A DNA stretch of 64,000 nucleotides, taken from contig CAWCLB010000006.1 in assembly GCA_963796245.1 (NCBI GenBank), forward strand, positions 20,102-84,101, written 5' to 3'. The notes beneath the pieces were generated by a model, which did not search any database, was not told the origin of the DNA, and saw nothing but the letters and a program-made list of their open reading frames with translations. Both the position numbers and the translations under genes were made by a program. This stretch comes from an uncultured haloarchaeon. GTDB lineage: Archaea; Halobacteriota; Halobacteria; Halobacteriales; Haladaptataceae. Below, piece by piece: positions 38,509 to 48,152 of this stretch (position 1 is its first letter; each line of letters begins with the position of its first letter).

Positions 38509-38793
38509 ATGCCCGCCGATTTGACCGAGAAGACGAACCGGTACGAACGACTGCTGTCGGAAGCGCTCGACGCCATCGAAATCTCGGCACCGACCGACAC
38601 GCCGATGGGAGAAGCGGCACTCGACTGCCGGGAGATGGCCCAGTCGTATCTGGACGACGGGCGACATTTCAAGGACGAAGACGACTTCGTCAACGCGTTA
38701 GCGTCGTTTTCCTACGGTCACGCGTGGCTCGATGCCGGGGCGCGAATCGGCGTTTTTGACGTTCCCCGTGAGGGACATTTGTTCACGATGTAA
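38509..38793 (+). CDS. DUF357 protein
   Basis: MAQSYLDDGRHF...ALASFSYGHAWLDAG. Confidence 0.85.
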   Translation: MPADLTEKTNRYERLLSEALDAIEISAPTDTPMGEAALDCREMAQSYLDDGRHFKDEDDFVNALASFSYGHAWLDAGARIGVFDVPREGHLFTM

Positions 38794-38853
38794 CGTGCTT
38801 TCTGAATAGTAGGGCGATGCGTTTAGGTGGGGTCAGTGTCTCGGTTGGGGACA

Positions 38854-39130
38854 ATGGAGGGCGTTCTCTGGTACGTGCTTACCGGAACTCGCGGCGGAGC
38901 CAATCGTGTCCGATTGGTTCGGGCGCATAGACGAGCGACCACGGAATGCCAACCAACTGGCCGAGGACTTGGACCTCGATTACAAAACCGTTCGTCATCA
39001 TCTCGACGTGCTGATGGACAACGGGATCGTCGAAAACAGCGGCGACGACTACGGTGCGGTGTACTTGTTGACCGACCGAACCCGACACCATTGGGAGACG
39101 GTCGAAGATATCATGGAGAAGGTGGACTGA
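38854..39130 (+). CDS. ArsR-like winged-HTH regulator (frameshift near 38925)
   Basis: LWYVLTGTRGGANR then IDERPRNANQLAEDLDLDYKTVRHHLDVL. Confidence 0.8.
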
Positions 39131-39188
39131 GTATGGCCGAATCTGGGAAAGCATATATGCGAGAGCGATTACAAAGGAGGTACGACGG

Positions 39189-39494
39189 ATGGGAATCTGG
39201 ATAGACGTCGCGCGGATTTCGACAGCCCTCAACGTGGTGTTGCTCCTTGGCTTGAGCTACGTCTGGTTGGACAACTATCGGCAGTTCCGTTCGAAGCACA
39301 CGCTCGGCCTCTCAGTGTTCGCCATCCTCCTCCTCTGCCAGAACGCGTTGGCAGTCTACATCTACTCGTGGAACGAAACGCTGTCCCATTGGTTTTCGAC
39401 CGCAGTTCCGCCCATCGCGTGGAAAGCGATGCTCGCTCTCCACGTCCTCGAACTCGTCGCACTGCTGTTTCTCACGTGGGTCACGTGGGACTGA
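39189..39494 (+). CDS. Small 3-TM membrane protein
   Basis: NVVLL...NYRQFRSKHTLGL...QN; hydrophobic, directly follows HTH gene. Confidence 0.75.
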   Translation: MGIWIDVARISTALNVVLLLGLSYVWLDNYRQFRSKHTLGLSVFAILLLCQNALAVYIYSWNETLSHWFSTAVPPIAWKAMLALHVLELVALLFLTWVTWD

Positions 39495-39639
39495 TTTTTT
39501 GCCGCTTCCCCACAATTTTGTTAGAGTATATGACAATTTATCCGGGTTTATCCACTCCATAGCAAGGGGCATGGCACTCGTACGGGGTTTCCGTGACACA
39601 TCGAATGCGCCACACTGAGTGTACAGGGGGGTTGTCACG

Positions 39640-39921
39640 ATGAGCCAGAGCGGTAAGTTGTGGTACGTCCTCTCCGGCAGTCGTGGCGGTGCTCGTCGGG
39701 CGGCCCTGTTGAAGCAGCTCGCGGACGAACCACGGAACCCAAATCAGCTGGCGACCGACCTCGGTATCGACTACAGTACCGTCCGCCACCACCTCGACAT
39801 CCTCGTCAAACACGAACTCGCCGAGGTACGAACGGAAGAGTACGGTGGGACGTACGCACCGTCGGCGGAAGCCGAACGAAATTGGACGGAGGTCGAAAAG
39901 ATAATCCAGGCCGTCTCGTAG
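39640..39921 (+). CDS. ArsR-like winged-HTH regulator (paralogue of 38854-39130)
   Basis: LWYVLSGSRGG...PRNPNQLATDLGIDYSTVRHHLDIL. Confidence 0.8.
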   Translation: MSQSGKLWYVLSGSRGGARRAALLKQLADEPRNPNQLATDLGIDYSTVRHHLDILVKHELAEVRTEEYGGTYAPSAEAERNWTEVEKIIQAVS

Positions 39922-40128
39922 AACCGCCGAACGTGGAGAGACCGTATTTTTTGACGATTGTCGCGTCAAGAAGGCCAGGAACGACCGCATCTACCAACTG
40001 GGACGGATTCTTGATTTCGCTCCCATTCCGATTTTAGCGACCGGTCGCATGAAAATTGCACGCAATCTTGTCACATGATACCAATAACCGCAATTTTTAT
40101 GCCCGTCACGCCGGTTTGTCTATGTGCA

Positions 40129-40323
40129 ATGGCGAAAGGTACGGTCACCTTCTTTAACGACACCGGCGGCTACGGTTTCATCGAGAGTGACGACGCGGAC
40201 GACGACGTGTTCTTCCACATGGAGGATGTCGGCGGCCCGGACTTAGAGGAGGGACAGGAAGTCGAATTCGACATCGAACAGGCAGACAAAGGCCCACGAG
40301 CGACGAATCTCCAGCGGCTATAA
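40129..40323 (+). CDS. cspA: Cold-shock protein
   Basis: MAKGTVTFFNDTGGYGFI...DVFFH...KGPRA. Confidence 0.95.
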   Translation: MAKGTVTFFNDTGGYGFIESDDADDDVFFHMEDVGGPDLEEGQEVEFDIEQADKGPRATNLQRL

Positions 40324-40417
40324 TCGGATTTCGTCACAGGTAGCGAGCACGTAGCGACTGCTCTCTTTCGAGGGGTCACCAACAAGATTTTTCTCCTTTC
40401 CAACCGATATCGACTGT

Positions 40418-40597
40418 ATGGTGGAGACCTACGTTCGATTACTCTGTCCAGAATGCGGAAAACACTGGGAATCAGGACCGGACGAGTTACCAGAACCACA
40501 ACGACAGTTCAATTGTCCTAACTGTCACGCAACCCGATCAACTTCGGAGTTCACGCGAACCGAGCGTGACCTCGAAACACTCAAACAACTGCAGTAA
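40418..40597 (+). CDS. 59-aa CPxCG zinc-finger micro-protein (not in ORF track)
   Basis: Hand translation: MVETYVRLLCPECGKHWESGPDELPEPQRQFNCPNCHATRSTSEFTRTERDLETLKQLQ. Confidence 0.8.
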   Translation: MVETYVRLLCPECGKHWESGPDELPEPQRQFNCPNCHATRSTSEFTRTERDLETLKQLQ

Positions 40598-40882
40598 GGT
40601 GACGTTGTAACTGACGAAAGGAGCGGCTTTCCGCAACGATAATTTTTCCGAATCCGCGACGTCTACTCCCGCCATTCGTGAGTAATGGGCTCCTGATACG
40701 GGCCTTTTATCGGCTAGTTGACTATATCCACACCATAATCATACATGTTCGAACGAACGAGCCGTCGTGATACCGTCGCTATTTTCGAAACCGTTCGGAA
40801 ACTCCCGAGATACTGACTATACGGCGTGCTAACGGGACTCAAGATAATAATATAACCCTGCAACCGTTATCTTCGTGTGCTT

Positions 40883-41119
40883 ATGAAGAAGCAGGAGCTC
40901 ATCCACCTTCACGGCCTGCTTGCGGAAGTTGGCAATCACTTTGAGAAACGGGACGGAGAACAGATCACACTGGACAAGTACGATTCCCTTGGCGTACGAC
41001 CGACGTCCATTCATAAATCGAAAACGGACCACAAAGCGGCAGTATTCGCGCTGTCCGGGGCGATAACGTCGGGCATGCGTGAGACCGAGCGGAAAGCGGT
41101 CGCACCACAAGCAGACTAA
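40883..41119 (+). CDS. UPF0058 family protein
   Basis: MKKQELIHLH...PTSIHKSKTDHKAAVF. Confidence 0.85.
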   Translation: MKKQELIHLHGLLAEVGNHFEKRDGEQITLDKYDSLGVRPTSIHKSKTDHKAAVFALSGAITSGMRETERKAVAPQAD

Positions 41120-41321
41120 GACGCGGCGCGCCGATTCTCCCCAATAATTGCATCTCCAATAGCGACGCGTTTTCGGTATCAAATCCCGTCATACAAATTG
41201 TCAACTACTGTAAAATATAGAATTCTCACATTTGATAACAGTCTGTTGGTTATAATATCTCCCGTACCGTATGCATGCAATACTGGACTGACAAAAAGGA
41301 AATAAAAGATAGGAAACAAAC

Positions 41322-41921
41322 ATGGAAGAAAAAAATAAAAACGGTTCGTTTTCGGATAGGGGTCAGGTCGGAATTGGGACGCTCATCGTGTTCATTGCGA
41401 TGGTGCTGGTCGCCGCAATCGCGGCGGGCGTGCTCATCAACACGGCGGGCTTCCTCCAGTCCAAATCCGAACGAACTGGGACACAAAGTAGCGCGCAAGT
41501 AACAGACCGTGTGCACGTCGTCAGTGCATACGGAAACGTCACAACCAACTCGTCCTCGGGAGCGTACGAGGTCGATAACGTCAACCTCACGGTGATGAAA
41601 GGCTCGGGTTCGGGCGACATCAACCTCTCGAAGGCAACTATCGCTTGGCTCGGTCCCGACGGTTCTCAGATGTTGGTGAAAGGCAAAACGGCGAACAAGA
41701 GCCACTTTTCCGTTCAGCCGATTCGTGACGTCGACGGCACACTTCCAGTTCTCGTCGATAAGCAGGACCGATTCCAGGTCGTCCTCAACACGAAAAAGCT
41801 CACGGGCGGTCTCAGAGAACGGCAGTCGTTCACTATCAGAATCGTCACGAGGGCAGGTGCCGTGACCTACCACAAGAGTATGCCGGAAACACTCTCTGAC
41901 ACGCACGCAATCGCACTATAA
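41322..41921 (+). CDS. flaB: Archaellin (class III signal peptide)
   Basis: [35 protein letters not shown]; GSGDINLS. Confidence 0.93.
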   Translation: MEEKNKNGSFSDRGQVGIGTLIVFIAMVLVAAIAAGVLINTAGFLQSKSERTGTQSSAQVTDRVHVVSAYGNVTTNSSSGAYEVDNVNLTVMKGSGSGDINLSKATIAWLGPDGSQMLVKGKTANKSHFSVQPIRDVDGTLPVLVDKQDRFQVVLNTKKLTGGLRERQSFTIRIVTRAGAVTYHKSMPETLSDTHAIAL

Positions 41922-41945
41922 TCTCCTCTTTTTGTCAATTTTTTC
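41922..41945 (+). terminator. Oligo-T terminator after archaellin
   Basis: tctcctctttttgtcaatttttt directly after the stop. Confidence 0.5.
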
Positions 41946-41951
41946 GACCCG

Positions 41952-42752
41952 CTAGCGTCGTCTATCGTGCCACACGGGGAACTCCTCTCGCACTCGTTCG
42001 ACGCGCGTCGGATCGATATCCCGAATTACCAACTCCGGTTCGTCGCCCGTACTGGCGAGAACCGTTCCCCACGGGTCGTACACCGTCGAGCGGCCGATGA
42101 GGGTCGCATCCTCGTACGAACCCGACCCGTTGATGGCCGCGAGGAAGCACTGATTTTCGATGGCGCGCGCCTGTGCCAGCACCTTCCAATGTTCGATTCT
42201 GGGATATGGCCACGCGCTCGGGACGAGAAGCAACGTCGCGCCAGCCTCCACGATGTCACGATACAGTTCCGGAAATCGCAAATCATAGCAGGTCGTCATC
42301 CCAACGGTTACGTCCTCGAACTCGGCGACCCCGAGTGACTCACCGGGGACAAGCAGTTCGGCTTCGGCCGACTCGTAGCCGAACAGGTGATGTTTGCGGT
42401 ACACCGCTTGCCGACGTCCGTCGCGGTCGAAGAACACGGACGTGTTCGAAAGCCCTTCTTCGGCAGGGGTCTCGCTATCGGTCAGCGAGAGGTCTTCCAC
42501 GATACTCCCCGCGAGTACCGCGATGTCGTGTTCGTCGGCGAGGTCGCTGATATGTGTGAGTGTGGGTCCGGTGAGCGATTCTGCGTTTCGCTGATACGTC
42601 TCAAAGGAGAAGTAGCCGACGTTGAAAATTTCGGGAAGCGCGACGAGGTCCGCCCCCTTGGCGGCCGCCGATTCGATGGCGTCCGTTGCACGGCCGACGT
42701 TCGCTCCCACGTCACCCCCTTCGATGGCAATCTGTGCGAGTGCGAGTTTCAC
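41952..42752 (-). CDS. Carbon-nitrogen hydrolase (nitrilase/omega-amidase-like)
   Basis: LPEIF, YRKHHLF, TCYDLRFPE (E-K-C triad), ARAIEN. Confidence 0.93.
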   Translation of the reverse strand: MKLALAQIAIEGGDVGANVGRATDAIESAAAKGADLVALPEIFNVGYFSFETYQRNAESLTGPTLTHISDLADEHDIAVLAGSIVEDLSLTDSETPAEEGLSNTSVFFDRDGRRQAVYRKHHLFGYESAEAELLVPGESLGVAEFEDVTVGMTTCYDLRFPELYRDIVEAGATLLLVPSAWPYPRIEHWKVLAQARAIENQCFLAAINGSGSYEDATLIGRSTVYDPWGTVLASTGDEPELVIRDIDPTRVERVREEFPVWHDRRR

Positions 42753-43180
42753 GAGACGACACCGACCTCGTTCCGAAGTGCATGCTCCAAATTTGTCAAT
42801 TCGTCATCGAGATGTTTCTTGAAATAGCGCTCGATGCCGGGGACCCTGCCGTCGACGACGAACCGATTATGAAGCAGACTACCGTCGTCCGTTTGCTCGA
42901 TTTCGTGTTCGCCCGTCACGTTCATTGCCGACGATTTCCCGACGAACTTCACGTACTGCGGTTTCTCGCGTGTCACATCCTCGGTCTGGACGGGAATCGT
43001 CCGATTCACGAACGGAATCGGGAGTTCGATATGCCACGTCGCTCGCTTGCCGTCGTCTTTCAAATCGTAATCAGCAACGACGCTGATAGCTTTCGCTCGA
43101 CACGCTGGGTCGGCAATAAATCCCCACACTTCCTCGGGCGGAACCGGCAAATCGAAGGTCCGCTCTACCCGGACAGTCAT
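42749..43180 (-). CDS. SRPBCC/CoxG family protein
   Basis: ERTFDLPVPPEEVWGFIADP; GTGA-coupled to hydrolase. Confidence 0.8.
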   Translation of the reverse strand: MTVRVERTFDLPVPPEEVWGFIADPACRAKAISVVADYDLKDDGKRATWHIELPIPFVNRTIPVQTEDVTREKPQYVKFVGKSSAMNVTGEHEIEQTDDGSLLHNRFVVDGRVPGIERYFKKHLDDELTNLEHALRNEVGVVS

Positions 43181-43218
43181 ACGACTAGATTAGGCCGTAG
43201 CGGTAAAAACCCAGCCAC

Positions 43219-43443
43219 TCAGCTCGGACTTACTTTCCACGTTGTCGAGCGTGCACGTCCCCATTTTTCGATATCCACGTCTTCGGATTTCTCCGCGAGT
43301 CGGGGAAGGCGCGAGCCGACTTGTTTGGACGAAAGTCCGAGATGCTTGGCAATGTTCTTTGCGCGGAAGTAGCGTTCCCCACCAGCCACGCTTTCGCGCA
43401 GGAATTCGAGGATTCGCTGTTCCTCGTTGCTGAACTCAGTCAT
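43219..43443 (-). CDS. Small haloarchaeal winged-helix protein
   Basis: YFRAKNIAKHLGLSSKQVG...IEKWG...TTWKV. Confidence 0.75.
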   Translation of the reverse strand: MTEFSNEEQRILEFLRESVAGGERYFRAKNIAKHLGLSSKQVGSRLPRLAEKSEDVDIEKWGRARSTTWKVSPS

Positions 43444-43517
43444 CCTCACCAACCACTACGCGCCTGACAGCCTTAACCATTATCCTCCGAAAAACAAGTG
43501 TCTATTTCGAGTCATTT

Positions 43518-43700
43518 TTAGTAAAGGTGAGTCGCGGCAATCGCGAGTACACCTGCAGTCACTGCTGCTACAAATCCCCACGCGGCAGTTACGCTCCCCG
43601 GAGTGACAAAGCTTATCGCTGCACTAGCAACCGCGAGGAAGATGAACACGACGGAGAGACCGATTCCCATGTCCGTCGTGACAGACTGTGGTCCTGCCAT
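43518..43700 (-). CDS. Small 2-TM membrane protein
   Basis: TDMGIGL...AWGF...HLY. Confidence 0.65.
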   Translation of the reverse strand: MAGPQSVTTDMGIGLSVVFIFLAVASAAISFVTPGSVTAAWGFVAAVTAGVLAIAATHLY

Positions 43701-43809
43701 ATGTTCGGATTTTCGTGGTGCCGACTTAGTTCATTCTACTCGGGACAGTGATTGGAGACCGACAGCTTCGATTCGAGAGTTTTTTGCCCCACTCCGCAGG
43801 AACCCGCGT

Positions 43810-45039
43810 ATGGTCGGCGAAAAGAGCAACGGAATCTTACCGTTCGGAAAGCGAGGATTTCTCGTAATCATACTCGTTGTCGCGCTTCTCGGAGCAGGCG
43901 TGCTGTACAGCGTTCTCGGCGTACCACACGTCATCGGCGTTGACAACGAATTTGGAGAAGTGACGAATCAAACATCGGAAATACAAACCGCGCTCGTCGT
44001 CGCGAATCCCAATCCCATCGGTATCAAGGCGGGTAACACCACGGTAAACTACACCGTGGAAATGAACGGCGTGACGATGGCGAACGGCAGTCAGTCGGGC
44101 CTGCACCTCGACAAAGGGAACACGACGTTCCGGTTCTCGACGGAAATGCAAAACGACAAGATCCCCGAATGGTGGGTCACCCACATTCGAAACGACGAAC
44201 ACACCACCCTACGGATTCACTCGAAGATTCATTCCTCGCTCGTGAGGCAGTCGGTGAGCGTCCCGTACAGCCACGATATCCACACGGACATCATCAGTGG
44301 GTTCAACTCCACGAAGACGCGTCCGATAAATGCAAGCATGCCGCTGGTTTCCGATCCCGTCCTCTACGTGAACGAGACGAGCGCGAACTGGGGTAATGTA
44401 ACCCGCAATCGGACACCAATTCGGATGCGAATGGGCGTGTACAACCCGAAAACCGTGACGTACACGATAAGCGAGATTGGATACAAAATGACGATGAATG
44501 GCATTCCCGTCGGAAACGGGACGACCGAGCAACCGTACGTGATTCCCGGAAAGTCCAAAAAGACGCTCCGGATGCGGACCATCATTCAGAATAACCGGCT
44601 GGACGATTGGTGGGTCAGTCATCTCCGCAACGGCCAGCGAACACAGCTGAAAATCAGCTTCTACGCCAAAATCAAACTGCCGAACGGCGACACGGTTCGT
44701 GTGCCGCTTCGGCAACTCACCTACAAGAAACTGATCCAAACCCACATCTTCGAGAACGATTCCGCCGAAGGGACGCTTGGCGGGGCAAATGGAACAGTAG
44801 GTAACAACGGGACGACGACAGCAGGGACGACGACAGCAGGAACAACGACCCACAACACGGCAACAGACAGCGGAGCAGGAACGGCCACGACGAAATCCGC
44901 GACGACGGCCAAAACCGCGGCTACCAACGGGGGGACTACCAAAACAGCAACGGAAACCAAAACCAGCACAACTACGACAACCACAACGACCACCGACGGT
45001 GGCGGTCTCCTCGCCCTCGATGCGCGCAGGATAGCGTAG
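43810..45039 (+). CDS. Membrane-anchored double LEA_2/WHy-domain protein with Thr-rich tail
   Basis: N-terminal TM; two repeats (VANPN..YTVEMNG..WWVTHIRN / VYNPK..YKMTMNG..WWVSHLRN). Confidence 0.8.
   Translation: MVGEKSNGILPFGKRGFLVIILVVALLGAGVLYSVLGVPHVIGVDNEFGEVTNQTSEIQTALVVANPNPIGIKAGNTTVNYTVEMNGVTMANGSQSGLHLDKGNTTFRFSTEMQNDKIPEWWVTHIRNDEHTTLRIHSKIHSSLVRQSVSVPYSHDIHTDIISGFNSTKTRPINASMPLVSDPVLYVNETSANWGNVTRNRTPIRMRMGVYNPKTVTYTISEIGYKMTMNGIPVGNGTTEQPYVIPGKSKKTLRMRTIIQNNRLDDWWVSHLRNGQRTQLKISFYAKIKLPNGDTVRVPLRQLTYKKLIQTHIFENDSAEGTLGGANGTVGNNGTTTAGTTTAGTTTHNTATDSGAGTATTKSATTAKTAATNGGTTKTATETKTSTTTTTTTTTDGGGLLALDARRIA
44809..44850 (+). repeat. 15-bp tandem repeat encoding GTTTA
   Basis: gggacgacgacagca x2 plus a degenerate third copy. 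Confidence 0.7.
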
Positions 45040-45111
45040 TATTCTCCCCCACCGACAGAGTTTTTATCCCAGCGAGAACAGATAGGTGTATGACACGGAG
45101 TACTCAGTCTC

Positions 45112-45585
45112 CTGGTCGAGTTCTTCTCCCGTAATGAGAGTTCCGTAACCGCAACACGCGACGGTGAATCGATTCTGTTGGACATCGATGGTAAGACCTT
45201 CAAGTTGTCACGCGAGTCCGCGACGAACCTGCAGGACGTAGTCGGTGACGCCCTGACCGAACGTCGGGAGTTCTTCCGCACGGCAGGGACGTTCCGTGAG
45301 GACGGCAGCTACGAGGTTTCCCGCCGTGGTGCCGACTCAGCAGGGAACGCCAAAGTGTTCCAGACGTTCGACGCCATGGCCCGCCTGTTCGACCGCCTAC
45401 CGGACGAGTTCACTGCCGAAGATGTGGAGCGAACCGGCATCACCGGGTCCCGGCGACACCTGTTGGTTCGCCACTTCGGGGAGAATCCCGACTTTCCCTG
45501 TCGGGTTTCCTCGCGGAATCCATTGACTGCCGAGAAAGAAGGCGAGCACATCGCCGACGGAAGCATGGAGGTTGGCTCGGACTGA
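45112..45585 (+). CDS. Conserved haloarchaeal hypothetical protein (start uncertain)
   Basis: REFFRTAG..REDGSYEVSRRGADSAGNAKVF...GSRRHLLVRHF; frame open upstream of 45178. Confidence 0.65.
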   Translation: MVEFFSRNESSVTATRDGESILLDIDGKTFKLSRESATNLQDVVGDALTERREFFRTAGTFREDGSYEVSRRGADSAGNAKVFQTFDAMARLFDRLPDEFTAEDVERTGITGSRRHLLVRHFGENPDFPCRVSSRNPLTAEKEGEHIADGSMEVGSD

Positions 45586-45659
45586 CGGAAACGGGTTTTG
45601 AGTAGGTCAAACGGCACAAAAAAGAATTCTAACTGCGACCGCTATCGAGAGGACGACCG

Positions 45660-46970
45660 TTAGGGCGTAACTCGGTCGGGGTCGCGCGGGAAGAGGATTC
45701 CCTCTTTGATGTTTTCGAGACCAGCCACCTTCTGGACGAGTCGGTCGATACCGAGTCCGTAGCCGCCGTGTGGCGGGATGCCAAAGCGGAACGCTTCGAG
45801 GTAGAAGTGGAAATTCTCGGGGTCAGCACCTTGGTCTTCCATGTACTCGCTCATCGTCTCGATGTCGTGTTCACGCTGGCCGCCCGAGGAGAGTTCTTGA
45901 CCCAGATAAATGAGGTCGAACTTGCGGGAGGCGATGTCGTCCTCCGGCACGTCCTGTTTGTAGTAGAACTTCTCGTCCGGATAGCCGACGACGAAGAAAG
46001 CGGGATGACCCTGTTCGGCGAAGTACTCACCGAGCAGTTTCTCGCCTTTCGTGTCGAGGTCGGTTTCGTCGTCCGGCACATGTTCGAACTCCGTGGCGAG
46101 AATGTCCCGTGCTTCCTCGAACGTGACTCGGGGGAACGGGTCGGTTGGAACGTCGAGTTCGACGCCCAGCGTCTCCAGTTCGTCCGCCGCGTTCTGGCTG
46201 ACCTGTTCGAGCGTGTAGCGAAGCGACTCCTCCTGGACGTCCATCACGTCGTGGTGGTCGTCGATGTACGCCAACTCAACGTCGAACATCGAGATTTCCG
46301 AGACGTGTCGGGAAGTGGCAAACGCTTCCGCGCGGAACGCGGTGCCAGTCTCGTAGATTTTGTCGAACCCGGCCGCCATGAGCATCTGTTTGTACAACTG
46401 CGGGCTTTGGGAGAGGAACACTTCGTCGCCGTAGTAGACGACGGGGAACAGTTCCGCGCCACCTTCCGCCCCTTCCTGTGAGAGCAGCGGCGTTGCGACG
46501 TTTCGATACCCCTCACCGTCGAACCACTCTTCCATCGCGTTGATGAGTTTCGAACGAAGCGAGAATGCCGCGTACGTCTCCGGCTTTCGGAGGTCGATGC
46601 TTCGGTTGTCGAGCCTCGTCGAAAGGTCCGATTCGATGTCCTTCGCCACTTCCATCGGCAGCGGGGAGTCGGCTTCGCTGATAATCTCCAGTTCGGAGGG
46701 CACGAGTTCGACGCCGCCCGGCGCTTGGTCGCTCGCTTTCACCGAACCGGTGATTCGAACCACGTCTTCTTTGCCGAGGTCGTTCGACTCCTCGAACAGT
46801 TCCTCGTCGTTTTGCTCCTTGAACACGACCTGAGTCTGCCCTTCTCGGTCGCGCACGATGACGAAAGAGAGTCCACCGAGGTCTCGAATGTCGTGTACGT
46901 GTCCCGCAATGGATACCGTTTCGCCGTCCTGTTCCGTCGTGATGTCGTCAGAATACGTTCGCTCTATCAT
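45660..46970 (-). CDS. aspS: Archaeal-type aspartyl-tRNA synthetase, probably non-discriminating
   Basis: [59 protein letters not shown]. Confidence 0.92.
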   Translation of the reverse strand: MIERTYSDDITTEQDGETVSIAGHVHDIRDLGGLSFVIVRDREGQTQVVFKEQNDEELFEESNDLGKEDVVRITGSVKASDQAPGGVELVPSELEIISEADSPLPMEVAKDIESDLSTRLDNRSIDLRKPETYAAFSLRSKLINAMEEWFDGEGYRNVATPLLSQEGAEGGAELFPVVYYGDEVFLSQSPQLYKQMLMAAGFDKIYETGTAFRAEAFATSRHVSEISMFDVELAYIDDHHDVMDVQEESLRYTLEQVSQNAADELETLGVELDVPTDPFPRVTFEEARDILATEFEHVPDDETDLDTKGEKLLGEYFAEQGHPAFFVVGYPDEKFYYKQDVPEDDIASRKFDLIYLGQELSSGGQREHDIETMSEYMEDQGADPENFHFYLEAFRFGIPPHGGYGLGIDRLVQKVAGLENIKEGILFPRDPDRVTP

Positions 46971-47072
46971 TGGTCTCGACTACGCTCTATCGTGTTCTCA
47001 CCGTGTCAGTCTCGGGTATTGATTCTTCCGACTACGAGCCGAAAACCCGAAAAATAATCGGGATAGTCAAAC

Positions 47073-48101
47073 TCAGTTGATAGTCGTGTGACGGCTCTCC
47101 TCGTTGAGCGCCAGGTTTGCCGCGATTTCCGCATTTCGCACGGCGTACTGGGCGGTGTGCTGCAGGCTAACGAGCACGTCCCGAATCTGTAGCAGGTCGT
47201 CGTTCGACATCTCCGGAAGGTCCGAAAGGATGTCCGACTCCCGGTCGCCGAGTTCGTGGAACTGACGCCGGACTTCGAGCGTCTTGTCGTAATCCCGCTC
47301 AACGCACGCTTGCACTGCCAGCGCAGTCATCTCGTCCACCTGGTCGGTGAACTCCCGAATCCGTCGCATGGTGCTGCTATCGACTTCGAGGGAATGGCCG
47401 TTCGCTGCGAGGACGATATCCGCGATATCTTCCGCGTTGTCGGCCGTCAGCTCAAGATTTTTCGCAATCGAGCGGTAGCCGATGAGCGGAAATCCGCTGT
47501 CCAATCCGATGGCGCGCGCGATGGCGGGATTTTCGTGTGCGGTGAAGATGAGACGGAGGAGAAGAACGAAAATTTTGTTCGCTTGTCGTTCGCGGTTGAG
47601 CGCCCGTTGGGCGAGGTCGGGATTACCGTGGGCGAGCGCTTTCACGGCCTCGCCGCGCATGGTACTGCCCGTGTTCTCCAGTCGCTCCAGCAGGTTGTCC
47701 AAATCGAAATCCTCGGGGTCAACCGAACATCGAATGGCGATGCTCTCGGGCGTTTCCTCGATGACGCCGAGTCCCATCAACTGCGTTTCCGCGTTGTAGA
47801 CCGCGTTAATCTGGCTGCTTTCGAGCGTCTCGTCACTCACGACGTGAATGACGCGACGACCGAGAACGTACTGGGCGACAATGGCGCGCTCAACGGCATC
47901 CGCGTCCAGTTCCTCGGTGTGAATCGTCGCCTCGGATTCGTCGTCGTGTGCCGACTCGGGGAGAACGGTGAGCGTTCCCTTGCCGCTGATTCGCAGCGAA
48001 ACCTCGTCACCCTTCTCGACCCCGTGCTGTTGTGCCCACTCTGCCGGCAAGGTCATCGCCAGCGTCGATGGCCCGAGCCGCTGTACTTTCCGTGTTTCCA
48101 T
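47073..48101 (-). CDS. phoU: Archaeal PhoU-family regulator with AbrB-like N-terminus
   Basis: METRKVQRLGPSTLAMTLPAEW; LELTADNAEDIA. Confidence 0.88.
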   Translation of the reverse strand: METRKVQRLGPSTLAMTLPAEWAQQHGVEKGDEVSLRISGKGTLTVLPESAHDDESEATIHTEELDADAVERAIVAQYVLGRRVIHVVSDETLESSQINAVYNAETQLMGLGVIEETPESIAIRCSVDPEDFDLDNLLERLENTGSTMRGEAVKALAHGNPDLAQRALNRERQANKIFVLLLRLIFTAHENPAIARAIGLDSGFPLIGYRSIAKNLELTADNAEDIADIVLAANGHSLEVDSSTMRRIREFTDQVDEMTALAVQACVERDYDKTLEVRRQFHELGDRESDILSDLPEMSNDDLLQIRDVLVSLQHTAQYAVRNAEIAANLALNEESRHTTIN

Positions 48102-48152
48102 ATCCTTTCATCCGCGTACGGAACCTTAAACTTCACCGTATGTCACTAAATG

